From Chiloscyllium plagiosum (Eukaryota), in assembly GCF_004010195.1 (NCBI RefSeq), contig NC_057718.1, positions 15,869,309 to 15,933,308 on the forward strand: a DNA stretch of 64,000 nucleotides, given 5' to 3'. Positions 1 to 12,605 of the stretch are shown here, piece after piece. Position 1 is the stretch's first letter; every line of letters begins with the position of its first letter. The notes beneath the pieces are model-generated. The model had not been told where the DNA came from. It saw only the letters and a list, made by a program, of their open reading frames with translations, and did no database searches. The position numbers were made by a program, and so were the translations under genes.

Positions 1-311
1 AATCCATCGAATTCAGCACCGCCTTCCTAACCTGCAATCTTCTTCCCGACCTCTCCGCCCCCACCCCCGTCTGACCTATCACCCTCACCTTGACCTCTTT
101 CCACCTATCACATTTCCGACGCCCCTCCCCCAAGTCCCTCCTCCCTATCTTTTATCTTAGCCTGCTGGACCAACTTTCCTCATTCCTGAAGAAGGGCTAA
201 TGCCCGAAACGTTGATTCTCCTGTTCCCTAGATGCTGCCTGACCTGCTGCGCTTTTCCAGCAACACATTTCCATCTCTGATCTCCAGCATCTGCAGACCT
301 CACTTTCTCCT
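1..311 (+). mobile_element. 3' terminal fragment (pLTR) of a Penelope-like retroelement, truncated by the window edge
   Basis: Near-identical to the 3' ends at 60020-60392 (+) and 23162-23366 (-). The latter is attached to a GIY-YIG coding fragment. Contains the hammerhead-like core CTGAAGA...GAAACG. Confidence 0.8.
186..213 (+). ncRNA. Minimal hammerhead ribozyme motif (PLE-type)
   Basis: CTGAAGA-A-GGGC(TAAT)GCCC-GAAA-CG-TT: catalytic core, 4-bp helix II and palindromic ACGT in place of helix III. Confidence 0.6.
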
Positions 312-1172
312 CTAACGAGAATGTCAACGGCATGACATGATACTAAAGAGATTCATTAAACTAATACCGGGAATAATTTTGATGAGAAACTGAAGCCACA
401 TTCATTAAAATAATGATCAAGGGGATCTGCTCGGAATATTCAAAATCTCGAGGACTTTTGATAAAGTAAATTGGGGAGAAACTATTTCTGCCAGTTCTTA
501 TCTATGATAGCTGTAAAGCTTTTAATGAAGATTTTTCATTGGGGTAACTGAGAAAAAGGATCACCTTTATATTATGTACCAAACATAAAACCACCTTTAT
601 AGATGAAAGTGGACAAAAATAACTTTAACGATTTATATTTAAATGGACCATAAAATTAAAGAAAAATGAGCTTCCAGTAATTAGAATTACTTCAATTTAA
701 CACCATTGACAAAATAACCAAGTGACAGGTTGGGAATTTTTATTTTAAAATTGTCATAATTGGGAGTTGAGATTCCCTACTAGAACTTACAGTGAAAACA
801 AAATCCATTGCAGTTTTTAAATGGGAAGTGAATTCGATATTATAAAAAATTTAAAAAGCATGGGGCAAGGGCTGAGTTTTGGAACTAAAAGGGTGGTCCT
901 AATAGTCAGATAACTTCAATAAAATGGACTGATGACCTCCTTCTGTTCCATGAATGTCTACAATTCTTAGAAGTGCCTGACCTGGTATTTAGTATAATCT
1001 GAAGATCAAGGCATAACTGCATCAACTCTTTTAATTCTGATGCAAATCAACTTAATTTTTAATAGGGCTTCTCCTGTTGCTTTAGTCACAACTTTGTACT
1101 GTTCTGATCACCAAAGAACCAATTTTCACTGACACCAAATTAGGAGACAAATTTATCTGCCTGTTGTCAAGA

Positions 1173-1358
1173 TTAAAAGTCACACAACACTAAGTTATAG
1201 TCCAACGGGTTTATTTGGAATTACTAGCTTTCAGAACATTGCTCAGGTAACTATCTGAAAACTAGTATTTACAAATAAACCTATTGGACTATAACCTGGT
1301 GTTGTGTGATTTTTAATTTTGTCCACCCCAGTCCAACACCAGCTTCCCCACATCATGT
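1173..1358. mobile_element. Head-to-head inverted remnant of a second probable Penelope-like family
   Basis: Imperfect ~62-bp inverted arms at 1173-1235 and 1254-1316, plus a 3' extension. Family assignment is from recalled similarity to a common shark PLE end. Confidence 0.55.
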
Positions 1359-4300
1359 CATCAACAGGTGGAATTAATTTCTCAGTTCAGTGTTGCTTTT
1401 CATCCAGTGTTGTTTCAGTGAGCTTCGATGCAACTTAGCAGTTAGGGTACTGATCTGTGGTTAATAAATTCCAAAAAGAAGAAGAAAAATCAGCTGACAG
1501 AAACAAATGCAATGTGCAAATGCAGAGGCCATCTTTACATTGGGAGCACTAACATTTCTGACATCATGCATGATTTTTCACTCCCTAATTCTGTTCTTGG
1601 TGCTGATCTTGGAAGATCATTGATATACAGCAGCTTCAACATTTGAACAGAGGAGTGAAAATATCTGATCTCAGTGTAAGAATAATAGAGTTAATCTGAA
1701 TTTCCATCAATTTTTGATGACTATCTGAGAATCATGCTTTTTTGAGTTAGGTTTTAAGTTGGACAATCGAGTATCTGATAATAGCACCATTTCTTAACCA
1801 AATTATTCTTATAAACTTTACTTTTGCCTGCATGATCTTATCTATACTAACCCATTGATGTATTTTGGACATTGTTTTTATTGGGTTAGCTGCTTGAATG
1901 GAAAATTGCAATGTGTACACTTGAGTTGATCTGTTTTATGCAAGTAAAGCTGGAGAATGTAGTAAATTGACAAGTAATTTGAAGGTCAAATTAAGCTAAG
2001 AATTTGCTGTTTGACATCATTCCAGTCAGCTATGTCTCGAAGAGAAATTTTGTACTCAGCATTCCTTTCCAAGGCCAACAAAAGATCACTTGCATACAAA
2101 CCCGTGGTGAGATATGCCAACTATTACTTTGTTGTGTGCTTCAACTGAGTAGGAGAGTCAATTCATTCTAGATCAGGGAAAGCAATATCTCTACCTTGTA
2201 CATAATTATCTGGGTGATGCCTTACTGAATGGAAAATAAGGTTTTTTATGATCATGGTGGGCTTTGAACTGCTAACCATGTTGTTAGTAAGAGAATGGCA
2301 TATCTTGAGGTCAATGACTGAACTCTACCAATGATATGTAACAGATAGATAAACGTGGATTTAGTGACAGATGGGGGAGAAACTGTTCCCAAGAGGCCTT
2401 CCATTTCCTTAAGGATGACTCCAAAGGACTTCAAAGGCACTTGATACCAAATGGTGCTGGCAGAAGGTTGGCAACCCAGAGTTTTTAACATTGATCAACT
2501 TCAGGACAGTTTGTGCCACATTTGTGTTGAAAGAGATCGTAGCCAGGGATGAATGCTGGCTCACTCAAATCCTAACTGTTGCAGGTTCATAAATGGATCA
2601 AGGATTGCATTATGGAAATAAATAACCTCATACTAGTTAGTGTCAGCTAAACCATATGCCTGATGCATTGCTTTTTAAAAGCTGTAATAGATTAAACAAG
2701 GAGATAAAATTAATTTATGATTTGGAATAAATATTGCTGGAAATGTAAAGTTTTATTTTTGTTTCTATTTCTAGAAATAGAGTATTAAATTTTTTAAACA
2801 TGTGGCTTCTTAGATTTATTTTTATAATTGTTGCTCTTTAAGGTAGGTTCGATATTATAGTATTTTATGCTGAATTGGCCATATCCTTCAATTTTATCCA
2901 GTGTACAATCTCTATTAAAAAAACTTTATAACCCATTGTGGATTCAGATTATTACTGATTAAAAATGTCCAACACTGAAAAATACCTGTTTTAATTATAT
3001 AATAGACAAGGGAAGTTTTCTGAAGCTCTTTCAGGTTGTTTATGAACATTTCAAATTGCTAATTGAGCCAAACTAGTGAAACATTTGAAGAGAATCTGGT
3101 TAACTGCTTCTATTCCAAGCAGTTGTTGCATCATTTGCCAACAAATCAATGCAGCTCCACATGACATCAGCTGCTAGTCAACATGGACTAAAACGTTGCA
3201 GATTCATTGTCTGCTATGTAATGTCCTTTAATGACCTTTTCCCATCATATTGGTCATTTACCTTCATTTCTACTACAGATCCCTCTTCCTAATACACTCC
3301 TGTCAAGAAAGTGGAACTCATCATAGTCAGTGTCATTGCCAGTTTGACCAGCTTCTGGTCCTAACTAATTTGACTGCCCTTAAGCAAGTAATGCATGGCT
3401 GCACTATACAGTAACATAAATTAAGAAAAAGGTCACAACTTCAGTGAAGTTGCCATGTATGCATGAGATGTAAGCTCATTACCTTGACTGATGATTCCAG
3501 TACATCTTACTGAGTATTGCCTTATATAACCCTATTGCCTTATAGTTGCAGTAACAGCTAGATAAATTGATTAATTGTCTCTCAAAGCAGCCACTAAGAA
3601 TTATCCATTTATCTCATCTCTTTTGCAAACTGCCTGGGGTTTGTTTTGACCTAAGGGTGAACACAGGCTATCAGACAATCTATGACAAGAGGACAACCCT
3701 TTTCCAATATCTTGTTTCAGAATACAATTTTGGCCCTAGTTGCTGATCACCATAATTTGAATTTGGCTGGATGTGATATCTGCAAGTGCCAATTAGGTAC
3801 AATTTTCATGGAACAGTATATATGGTCTCCATTTACCAGTCTGAACTGAAGTCAGGCAGTAGACTGATTGGCACAAGGCAGCACATTGCAAGATGACTCA
3901 GGGTCCTGGGCAAAGGTGCATGGATTCTGGGTTATGGGGCTGGAGGACAGGGTAGGAAGAGGAATTCCTTGCACCCCCAAGGGAAAGGAGTTCCTCCCAC
4001 CCTTCCTCCTGCAGTGGTTGGTACCATCTCAAGTCCTTCTTCCATTTACATCCAGTTCACTGGAGTCCCTAAAATGGTGCCTTTCTACTATTGACTCCTA
4101 TAAGTAATCCAATAAATTAGAGTAGCACTGTGCTTACTCTTCTTAGGTGAAGCCCCAAGAGAATTTGCAGAATAAATGTTACTCAAGTCTCCCAGAAAGT
4201 TTCCCAATGTGTATCAGAGGTCTGCTTGACAGCTGCAGCCACAGGTGAATATAAAATGGTGAGTATTCCTTTAAACAGAACTTGATATCCACATCAATGC

Positions 4301-4864
4301 CATGTTTACTTCCAAACAAATGACCACTTTTAGGAAAGTGTGTTAGGATAAGAACAGTCAGAAACCAACTTAATGAATGTTAGTGGAATACGTAAGTGGG
4401 AATTAGTAAGTTAATAAACCTCTACCTAGTTTTTGCAAGAGCAAGATTCATGTTATCGACCACATTGGCACCTTGCATCAAAAATGGCCTGAAAAGGGCT
4501 TCAGCTCAAAATTGCATCTTGGTCACTTTGGAGGCTCTTAGTGTTTCTCTGCCAATGTTGCCTCTCATCTCTCTTTCCCATGGGAAATACTTGGTCCTGG
4601 TTCATTCCACTCCTGAGTTAGCAGACAAGATTTGGAATCAAGGAAATGAGTGCCTTATCCAAACAGCTAATCTGATTTTCTTTTAGTGATAACAATATTT
4701 TGATCTTAACTAAAGTCTGATCATCAAAATGATGCACAATGTATGCATGTATTTTAAAAATACAGATGAAATGTATTTGGAATGATAATGATACATTTAT
4801 TTCCAAATCATCTTCTCCCTGACAATAATGTCAACTTGACCAGCATTCAGAACCCTGAAGAGAT

Positions 4865-4916
4865 CCATTGTTCGAGTGTACAGAGAGCCATTGTTCGAGT
4901 GTACAGAGAGCCATTG
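4865..4916. repeat. Perfect 23-bp tandem duplication
   Basis: CCATTGTTCGAGTGTACAGAGAG twice, followed by CCATTG. Confidence 0.95.
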
Positions 4917-5216
4917 AAAAGTCTAATAATATTACAAGTAATTTTTCTCTTTTTTTAACCCTTTGAACTTGAATACCTTGCTCTATCTCACATGTACACA
5001 AACCATTGGTTAGTATGGTGGGACATCAATAGAACTTGAGTTCGTAACATTCAAGTTGGGAGTCAAACGACCAACTCAGTTTAATTTTGTTTTGAATTTT
5101 CACTAGAGTTTACAAGAAGCAAAATTGTGCTGTGTTTCTGAGTTTTGGCATTTGTCTTTCTTATCCTGGCACACAATGAAAAAACAACGGCATTTAGCTG
5201 AAGAGAGAAGAGAATG

Positions 5217-5326
5217 GGATTGGTGTGTGGTGCTGGGTCTGGGTGGGATGCTTTTGGAAGGGTCAGTGCAGACTTGATGGACCAAATGGCCTCTTTATCG
5301 CACAGTAGCTATTCTGTGATTCTATG
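5217..5326 (+). mobile_element. 3' fragment of an HE1-type SINE
   Basis: Reverse complement of the tails of the copies at 14228 and 36089; ends in an ATTCTATG-like repeat. Confidence 0.6.
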
Positions 5327-5689
5327 AGAAAACAATGTTACAACGTATTGCATCTAGCCCTCCTACTTATTACGCAGAAGTATTAGGCGATAATTACTTC
5401 AACATTTATAATACATTAAATTTTTCCATTTAACAGTTTAATGTTTGCTGATAATTACAAGGCTTCTATCTAAGGGATATAATTTTTCTGTATCTATATG
5501 TGGATGGTCTCTTCTCTAATTAAAAAAATATGATGGTTGCATGTTGCTGAGTCACAGATCGGATTTAAGGGAGATGAACAATAACTAAAAACAACTTGTA
5601 TTTACATAGATCCTTTAAAATTTTCCCAAAGTTGGTCAGAGGACTGCTTTCAAACAAAATTTGACATAGGAACCATATAAACTATAGAT

Positions 5690-6152
5690 GTTCATTGCAC
5701 TGATTCCAGACACAGCAGGATGATCATATGAGGGATAGTTGAGGAGGTTGAGTTTGCATACTCTCGAGCTTAGAAGAATGAGAGGTAATCTTTTGAAACA
5801 TCAGAAATTCTTAAGGAATAAATAGAGTAGTTGTAGAAAAAAAAGTCTCCCCTGGCTGTGAGGTCTGAGGGAAAACAGTCTCAGGATAAGGGACAAGCTA
5901 TTTAGGACTGAGGTGAGGAAGTTCTCCATTCAGTGGGTGGTGAATTTTTGGAATTCCATACCCTAAAGGCAGTGGAAGTTCAGTCATTGAGCATATTCAA
6001 GGGAGAAAAAGGTAGATCTATTAAAGATACCAAGGGATGTGGGGGTAGTGTAAGGATATGGTGTTGGGGTAGGAGATCCTGATGTAGTTGAATGGTAGAC
6101 CAAAGTGAAGGGACAGTGTGGCCTTCTCCTGCTCCTATTGTCTATGTTTCTA
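5690..6152 (+). mobile_element. Degenerate CR1-type LINE 3' fragment
   Basis: Decayed homologue of the RLGLxSLExRRMRGDLIE and RVVNxWNxLP coding region, plus the GGCCT..TCCTGCTCCT tail seen in younger copies. Confidence 0.65.
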
Positions 6153-6774
6153 TATAAAGAGCTTTCAGAAAGATGACTAAAATGTGTGTCAAAGAGGTAA
6201 AGTTTTAAGAAGCAGCTTACAGGAAGAACAACAAGTCCAGTGATGTACAGGTTTGAGGGGAATGAAATTCCAGAGCTTAAAGTATCAGTAGCTAAAACAC
6301 ACCCACCAAGTAATTAAAATGAGGACTGTACAAGAGGCCAGAATTTTAAAAGTCCCATATTTTAGATACTGTAAGGCAAAAGGAAGATTGCAGTAGCAGG
6401 GAAGAGGCAGGCTGGATCCATGTAATTCATGGTCACATGGAAATGAATGTTAAAATCAAGGTGTTATTTAAACAGGAGTTCATGTTGATCAGAGGGTGTT
6501 ATATACGAGTCTGAAAGGATTAACACTGAGCTGTGCCATATGCATTACCCACAATGATGATGCTATATAGACTTGTAGGTGAAGTCAAACGAGTGAGACC
6601 CAACATCTGGTTCTTCAGAGAATTGTAAAAGTATCTCAAACCTGGTAAGAGCCAACTGCAATAGGAAAGTTGATAGAAAAGGTGAATTAGCTGCATTTTG
6701 AGAGAGCAGTCTTAATTCAGTTCTGTGGTAAAATTGGAGCCTCCATGAGTAGAGTTTAAAATCCCTTGTTTTAT

Positions 6775-6872
6775 TTTAAATTCATTGTGGGGTGTGGGTG
6801 TTATGGCTGGTATTTATTGCCCGTCCCTAGTTGCTCTTGAGAAGGTGGAGGTGAGCTGCCTTCTTGAATCTT
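6775..6872 (-). mobile_element. 3' end fragment of a non-LTR family also seen at 51497-51740
   Basis: Shares TATTGCCC..CCTAGTTGC.CTTGAGAAGGTGG..GTGAGCT with 51540-51590. Confidence 0.55.
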
Positions 6873-6894
6873 TCAGTCCAAAATATTAGGAAAA

Positions 6895-7671
6895 GTCATA
6901 GAGATGTACAGCATGGAAACAGACCCTTCGGTCCAACCCATCCATGCTGACCAGATATCCCGACCCAATCTAGTCCTACCTGTTAGCACCCGCCCATATC
7001 CCTCCAAACCTTTCCTATTCATATACCCATCCAAATGCCTCTTTAATGTTGCAATTGTACCAGCCTCCACCACTTCCTCTGGCAGCTCATTCCATACATG
7101 TACCACCCTCAGTGTGAAAACATTGCCCTGTAGGTCTCTTTCATATCTTTCCCCTCACCCTAAACCTATGCCCTCTAGTTCTGGACTCCCTCACCCCAGG
7201 GAAAAGACTTTGTCTACTTATCCTATCCATTCCCCTCATAATTTTGTAAACCATTATAAGGTCACCCCTCAACCTCCGACGCTCCAGAGAAAACAGCCCC
7301 AGCCTGTTCAGTCTCTCCCTGTAGCTCAAATCCTCCAACCCGGGCAACATCCTTGTAAATCTTTTCTGAACCCTTTCAAGTTTCACAACATCTTTCCGAT
7401 AGGAAGGAGACCAGAATTGCATGCAATATTCCAACAGTGGCCTAACCAATGTCCTGTACAGCCGCAACATGACCTCCCAACTCCTGTACTCAGTACTCTG
7501 ACCAATAAAGGAAAGCATACCAATGCCTTCTTCACTATCCTATCTACCTGCGACTCCACTTTCAAAGACCTATGAACCTGCACTCCAAGGTCTCTTTGTT
7601 CAGCAACACTCCCTAGGACCTTACCATTAAGTGTATAAGTCCTGCTAAGATTTGCTTTCCCAAAATGCAGC
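6895..7671 (-). mobile_element. HER1/CR1 LINE, 5'-truncated (ORF2 C-terminus plus tail)
   Basis: Minus-strand ORFs give LYRTLVRPLLEYCMQFWSP, LERVQKRFTRM and WNELPEEVV, with frameshifts. Near-identical to 48140-48899. Confidence 0.92.
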
Positions 7672-7950
7672 ATATTGCTGGGAAGACTTCATTTTAGAGT
7701 TGAACCAAATGGAATACAAAATTGGACATCTTGGAGGAAACAATTTCTGAGATAGAGTTTCCAAATTAGATACTGATTAAGAAGCTAAATAAGTAAGTAC
7801 ACTTCTTGACATAATTGGGAGTATAGGTGTTGATGTTATACACCATCAAGGGAGAAAAGAAGCAATAGATACTTTTGACGAGGCAGAAAACAATTATTTA
7901 AATGGAGAATGACTGCCAAAAGCTGCAGCACAGAGGGATTTATGAGTTAT

Positions 7951-8084
7951 AGAATAGAGTCCCTACAGTGTGGAAGCAGGCCATTCAGCCCTTCGAGTCC
8001 ACACTGCCCCTCCGAGGAGCATCTCACCCAGACCCACCCCTTATCCTTGTAACCCTGCATTTTCCATGGCTAATCCACCTAGCC
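7951..8084 (-). mobile_element. 3' part of an HE1-type SINE, interrupted by a PLE
   Basis: Matches 14228-14356. Confidence 0.7.
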
Positions 8085-8089
8085 TTGAA

Positions 8090-8791
8090 GAATGTGCTGT
8101 TGGAAAAGTACAGTAGATCAGGTAGCATCTGAAGAGCAGGAGAATAGACGTTTCGCGCATAAGCTCTTCATCAGGAATGAGGGGGTGGCTCAAGGGGGCT
8201 GGGAAATAAATGGAAGGTGTTGGGGATGGGGGGAAGGTAGATGGGAATGCAATAGGTAGACAAAGTAGGGGATGAAGGTGATCAGTCAGAGAGGAGGGTG
8301 GAGCGGATAGGTAGGAAGGAAGATGGACAGGTAGGACAGGTCAAAAAGGTAATGCTGAGTTTGAAGGTTGAATCTGGATAAGGTGGGGGGGAGGGGAAAT
8401 GAGGAAACTAGTGAAATCCATGTTGATCCCGTGTGGTTTGAGAGTCCCAAGGCGGAAGATGAGACATTCTTCCTCCAAACGTCAGTGGTAAGGGTTTGGC
8501 AGTGGAGGAGGCTCAGGACCTGCATGTCCTTGGTGGAGTGAGAGGGAGTGTTAAAGTGAGCTGAACACTTTAACACCTCCCTCCCACTCCGCCAAGGACA
8601 AGTAGGTCCTGAGCCTCCTCCACTGCCAAACCCTTGCCACTCGATGCTTGGAGGAAAAACGCCTCATCTTCTGCCTTGGGATGCTCCAACCACATGGGAG
8701 TTTCCTCATTTCCCCTCCCCCACCTTATCCCAGATCCAACCTTCCAACTCAGCACTGCTCTCTTGACCTGTCCTTACTGTCCATCTTCCTT
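8090..8791. mobile_element. Penelope-like element in a head-to-head inverted arrangement
   Basis: Minus-oriented 3' end with a hammerhead motif at 8147-8174 and the HFNTPSHSTKDMQV endonuclease C-terminus, folded back at 8559-8565 into a plus-oriented copy ending at 8791. Confidence 0.8.
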
Positions 8792-8819
8792 ATAGCATTA
8801 ATAATATGATGAAGGCATT

Positions 8820-9726
8820 AAAAGTAATATCAGCTAATTTGCTTTTGACACAAAGCTGGGTGGCAGGGTGAAATATGAGGAGGATGTTATCAGAATATGG
8901 GTGACAGGCTAGGTGAGTGGATAGATGCATGGCAGATACAGTTTAATGTGGATAAATGTATGGTTGTCCACTTTGGTGGCAAGAACAGGAAAGCAGGTTA
9001 CTATCTAAATGGAGTCAAGTTAGGTAAAGGGGAGGTACAATGAGATCTAGGTGTTCTTGTACATCAATCAATGAAAGCAAACATGCAGGTACAGCAGGCA
9101 GCAGTGAAGAAAGCTAATGGCATGCTGGCCTTCATAACAAGAGGAATTGAGTATAGGAGCAAAGAGGTCCTTCTGCAGCTGTACAGGGCCCTGGTGAGAC
9201 CGTACTTGGAGTATTGTGTGCAGTTTTGGTCTCCAAATTTGAGGAAGGACATTCTGGCTATTGAGGGAGTGCAGCATAGGTTCAGGAGGTCAATTCCTGA
9301 AATGATGGGACTACCATATGTTGAAAGATTGGAGTGACTGGGCTTGTATACTCTGGATGAGAGGGGATCTGATTGAGACGTATACGATTATTAAAGGATT
9401 GGACACTCTGGAGGCAGGAAACATGTTTCTGCTGATGGGTCCAGAACCAGAGGTCACAGTTTAAAAAATTTAGAACAGAGTTGAGGAGAAAATTCTTCAC
9501 CCAGAGAGTCATGGATATACGGAATGCTCTGCCCCAGAAGACAGTGGAGGCCAAGTCTCTGGATACTTTCAAGAAAGAGATGGATAGAGATCTTAAAGAT
9601 GGAGGAATCAAGAGTTATGGGGATAAGGCAGGAACAAAATACAGATTGTGGATGATCAGCCATGATCATAATGAATGATGGTGCTGGCTTGAAGGGCCTA
9701 CTCCTGCACCTGTTGTCTATTGTCTG
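8820..9726 (+). mobile_element. CR1-type LINE 3' fragment
   Basis: Decayed FADD region at ~8840. ORFs give KANGMLAFITRGIEYRSKEVLLQLYRALVRPYLEYCVQFWSP and FFTQRV. Confidence 0.9.
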
Positions 9727-9745
9727 CAGTGCTCACCTTCCTCTG

Positions 9746-9958
9746 AATCCACCTAGCCTGAACAATTTAACATGGCCAATCCGCCTAACTTGTGCATCTT
9801 TGGACTGTAGAAAGAAATTGGAGCACTCAGAGGAAACCAATGCAGACACAGACAGAATGTGCAAACTCCACACAGACTGTCACTTGAGGGTGGAATTGAA
9901 CCCAGGTCCTTGGTACTGTGAGGCAGCAGTGCTAACCACTGAGCCACCATGCCACCCC
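9746..9958 (-). mobile_element. HE1-type tRNA-derived V-SINE (5' half)
   Basis: Minus strand has A box TGGCTCAGTGG, B box GGTTCAATTCC and the V-domain TGTGTGGAGTTTGCACATTCT. Confidence 0.85.
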
Positions 9959-10134
9959 ATACAGCATAGAAATAAGCCCTCCGGCTCACCATGTCTATGT
10001 CAACCAAAACCATCAAACTACACTAATCCCATTTTCCCACACTAGGTCCATTGCCTACTATGCCCTGACAATTAAAGTGCTCATCCATATGCTTCTTAAA
10101 TGAATCCTAGGGAAATAAATAATCATACAGCATG

Positions 10135-10785
10135 AATCACAAAAAACTAGCATCTAGGTTCAGTGGATAATGAGGAAACAAATATAATGTAGACCTTCAT
10201 TTCAAAGGGAATGGGGCATAAAAATAAGGAAATTTTGTTAAAACTATAAAAGGCACTGGTCAAACTACCGTCCCTTATGTATGTATTGGCATTGAAGGCT
10301 GTCCAGAGAAAGTTCACTGAGTTGATTCTGGGTCTGGAAGACTTTTCATATAAAGAGAGGGTGAGTACATTGGATTTATACTCATTGGAGTTGAGGAGAA
10401 TGAGAGAAACACATTATTGAAAAGTAAGATGTTTAAGGAGCTTGATCGGGTACATGTGAAGTGTTTGTTTCCCCTGGTAGGAAAGTCTACGATAAGAGGA
10501 CATAATATCAGAGGAAGGGGTCATCAATTTAAGACAGGGATGAGGAGGAATTGATTTTTCTCAGAGGGCAGTTAATCTGTAGAATTCTATTCCAGAGGGT
10601 TGTCAAGGCGAAGTTGATAAATATATTCAGGGCTGAGATAGACAGATTTTTAATCATTAAGGGAATTAAGGATTATTGGGGAATGGTGGGCAAGTGAAGT
10701 TTAAGATTATGAAATATCAGTCATGATCTCATTGAATGAGCTGAATGGCCTCCTTCTGCTCCTACATCTGATGGTCTTATGGTCT
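10135..10785 (+). mobile_element. Degenerate CR1-type LINE 3' fragment
   Basis: Homologous to 9070-9726; tail ATGGCCTCCTTCTGCTCCTACATC...TGGTCTTATGGTCT. Confidence 0.75.
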
Positions 10786-12605
10786 CAGCCTTCCCAATAG
10801 CTAGCGCAGTTTGCTTTATTAGAGATACAGCTGAAGCCATGACTGGTCACTGGTGGATAGTCTTTAGATCGATATTACATATTTTATAATCATACAATTG
10901 CTCAACAATTTCGGTGTTATATATTAGCTGAGTGAAAACTTTTAAACATTTGTCCTACTAATCTGCTTTCATTCATATCTGTAAACAATGGTAGGTATTT
11001 ATTCCATTAAAAGTTCAGATTTAAATGTTTATTCAGTAGTCTCCATCACAACTGATAATGGTAACTGTTAGATTGGCAAAGTAATGAGGAGAGATTGTTT
11101 TAATGATAACGCTTGCAGATTGGTGAACAAAAGAAGTGGGTAAAATTTATTCCAGCATCAACTTGAGGATTTCATCATTTTATGATAATACCTGTCTCAA
11201 AGTCAATTTAAAATGATTTATATTGCATTCATTACGTATAGCTAGTCTATCTTGTTCCAGAATAGTGCAGACTTCCATATTTATTTAAGACATTGACAAA
11301 AGAACAACCAGTGAGATAAGATTTTTACGTGACCTGTTGAAATAATTTGGGATCTGTGGTGGAAGCAAACTAAATAGTAATCTTGAAAAGAAAATTGGAT
11401 ATATATTTGAAAAGAAAAACTTGCAGGACAGAGGGAAAGAAATAGGGAGAGTTAGAAAAATTGGATAACACTTCACCGTGTTGGCATAGAGACGATGACC
11501 AGAATGTCCTCGTTCTGCATATATGATTTAAATAATCCCAATCTGATGTTAGAAATACCTTCTTTACAATGATTGAACAAAGACTTACAAAGACCATGAA
11601 ATGGTCTTCTCAATAGAATAGCAAATATTCTGGGACCAGTCAAAGATGCTGCTATGGGACAGCTTTTAATCCCTATAGAGGAAATGAGCTAGGACTCCCT
11701 CATCAGTACAATATTTATCTTTGTCATCATATTGTACAGGGAAATGTGAATTTTCACCATTTGGTGGAGCAAGAGGCCACAAGTCTAGTCATTTCAATGA
11801 CATTTTTCTGGCCCTTGCTAGCTTTCTGATATATTGTACCAGGTTTAGCTTAATGCCAAATGCCTTGCTTTAGTTCAAGAATCGAATTGAAGTCAAATTG
11901 AGTTGTCAGTAAAAATGCTGTTAATGATAATATTTCACAGGACAGAAAAGTTAGAGGAGTAGAAATTAAAAGAGAGAATACACAGCAGACATCACAAACT
12001 ACAAATGTAGCTTAAATAAACATGTCAGAGATGACCTGAAAGTTCCTAAACTTTAATCCCCTTAAAGGTGGGTTTGTGCATTGTGTGTGTTTATAGATGA
12101 GTTATGAGAAAAGCTAATGTAGTTGTCATAAGAATTCTCATTCAGAACCATTTTTCCCTTAGCTGCTGACCAACCTGTGAGGCACTTCTAGAATGTTCTA
12201 GTCTTGTCTTTTCTCCCTTAATTATTATGTACAGTGTCTTCTTATATTGTTTTCTACCCTTATGACTTGGATGAAGCCAACTGAAAAACGATCTGCATTT
12301 TTATGGGTTGGGCATCAGAATTTAAGTGCACTGTCTGCTGAGAATTATCGTGTATTATGATAGCACCACTGGCCAATAATGTGACACAGTAATCCAGCTA
12401 CAGTGAACTCTGAATTTTTACAATGCAGCAACTGGTACAACCATTGTACAAATATCATTGAATTATACACAGGTATTGATTGGTTGGTTGTTTAAAATGA
12501 TAGTTCTTTCTTTTTGTAAAATACATGATGCATCTCTCATGCATTTATTCATATAGCTTCTACTTCTCAGTATTTTTATGTTTTTGACAGTATTATTACT
12601 GGACA

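Noticed and set aside
2024..2112. Exon-like plus-strand block (CCAG|...ATG...|GTGAGA) encoding MSRREILYSAFLSKANKRSLAYKPV
   Set aside because: No recognisable homology, no partner exons and no promoter support.
6904..7575. 223-aa plus-strand ORF as a novel gene
   Set aside because: It is the antisense frame of a HER1/CR1 fragment. The same applies to most other short ORFs in the track.
9885..9958. tRNA gene (also at 14490-14558, 15700-15785 and 36365-36436)
   Set aside because: These A/B boxes are SINE heads that run straight into SINE bodies; no complete cloverleaf.
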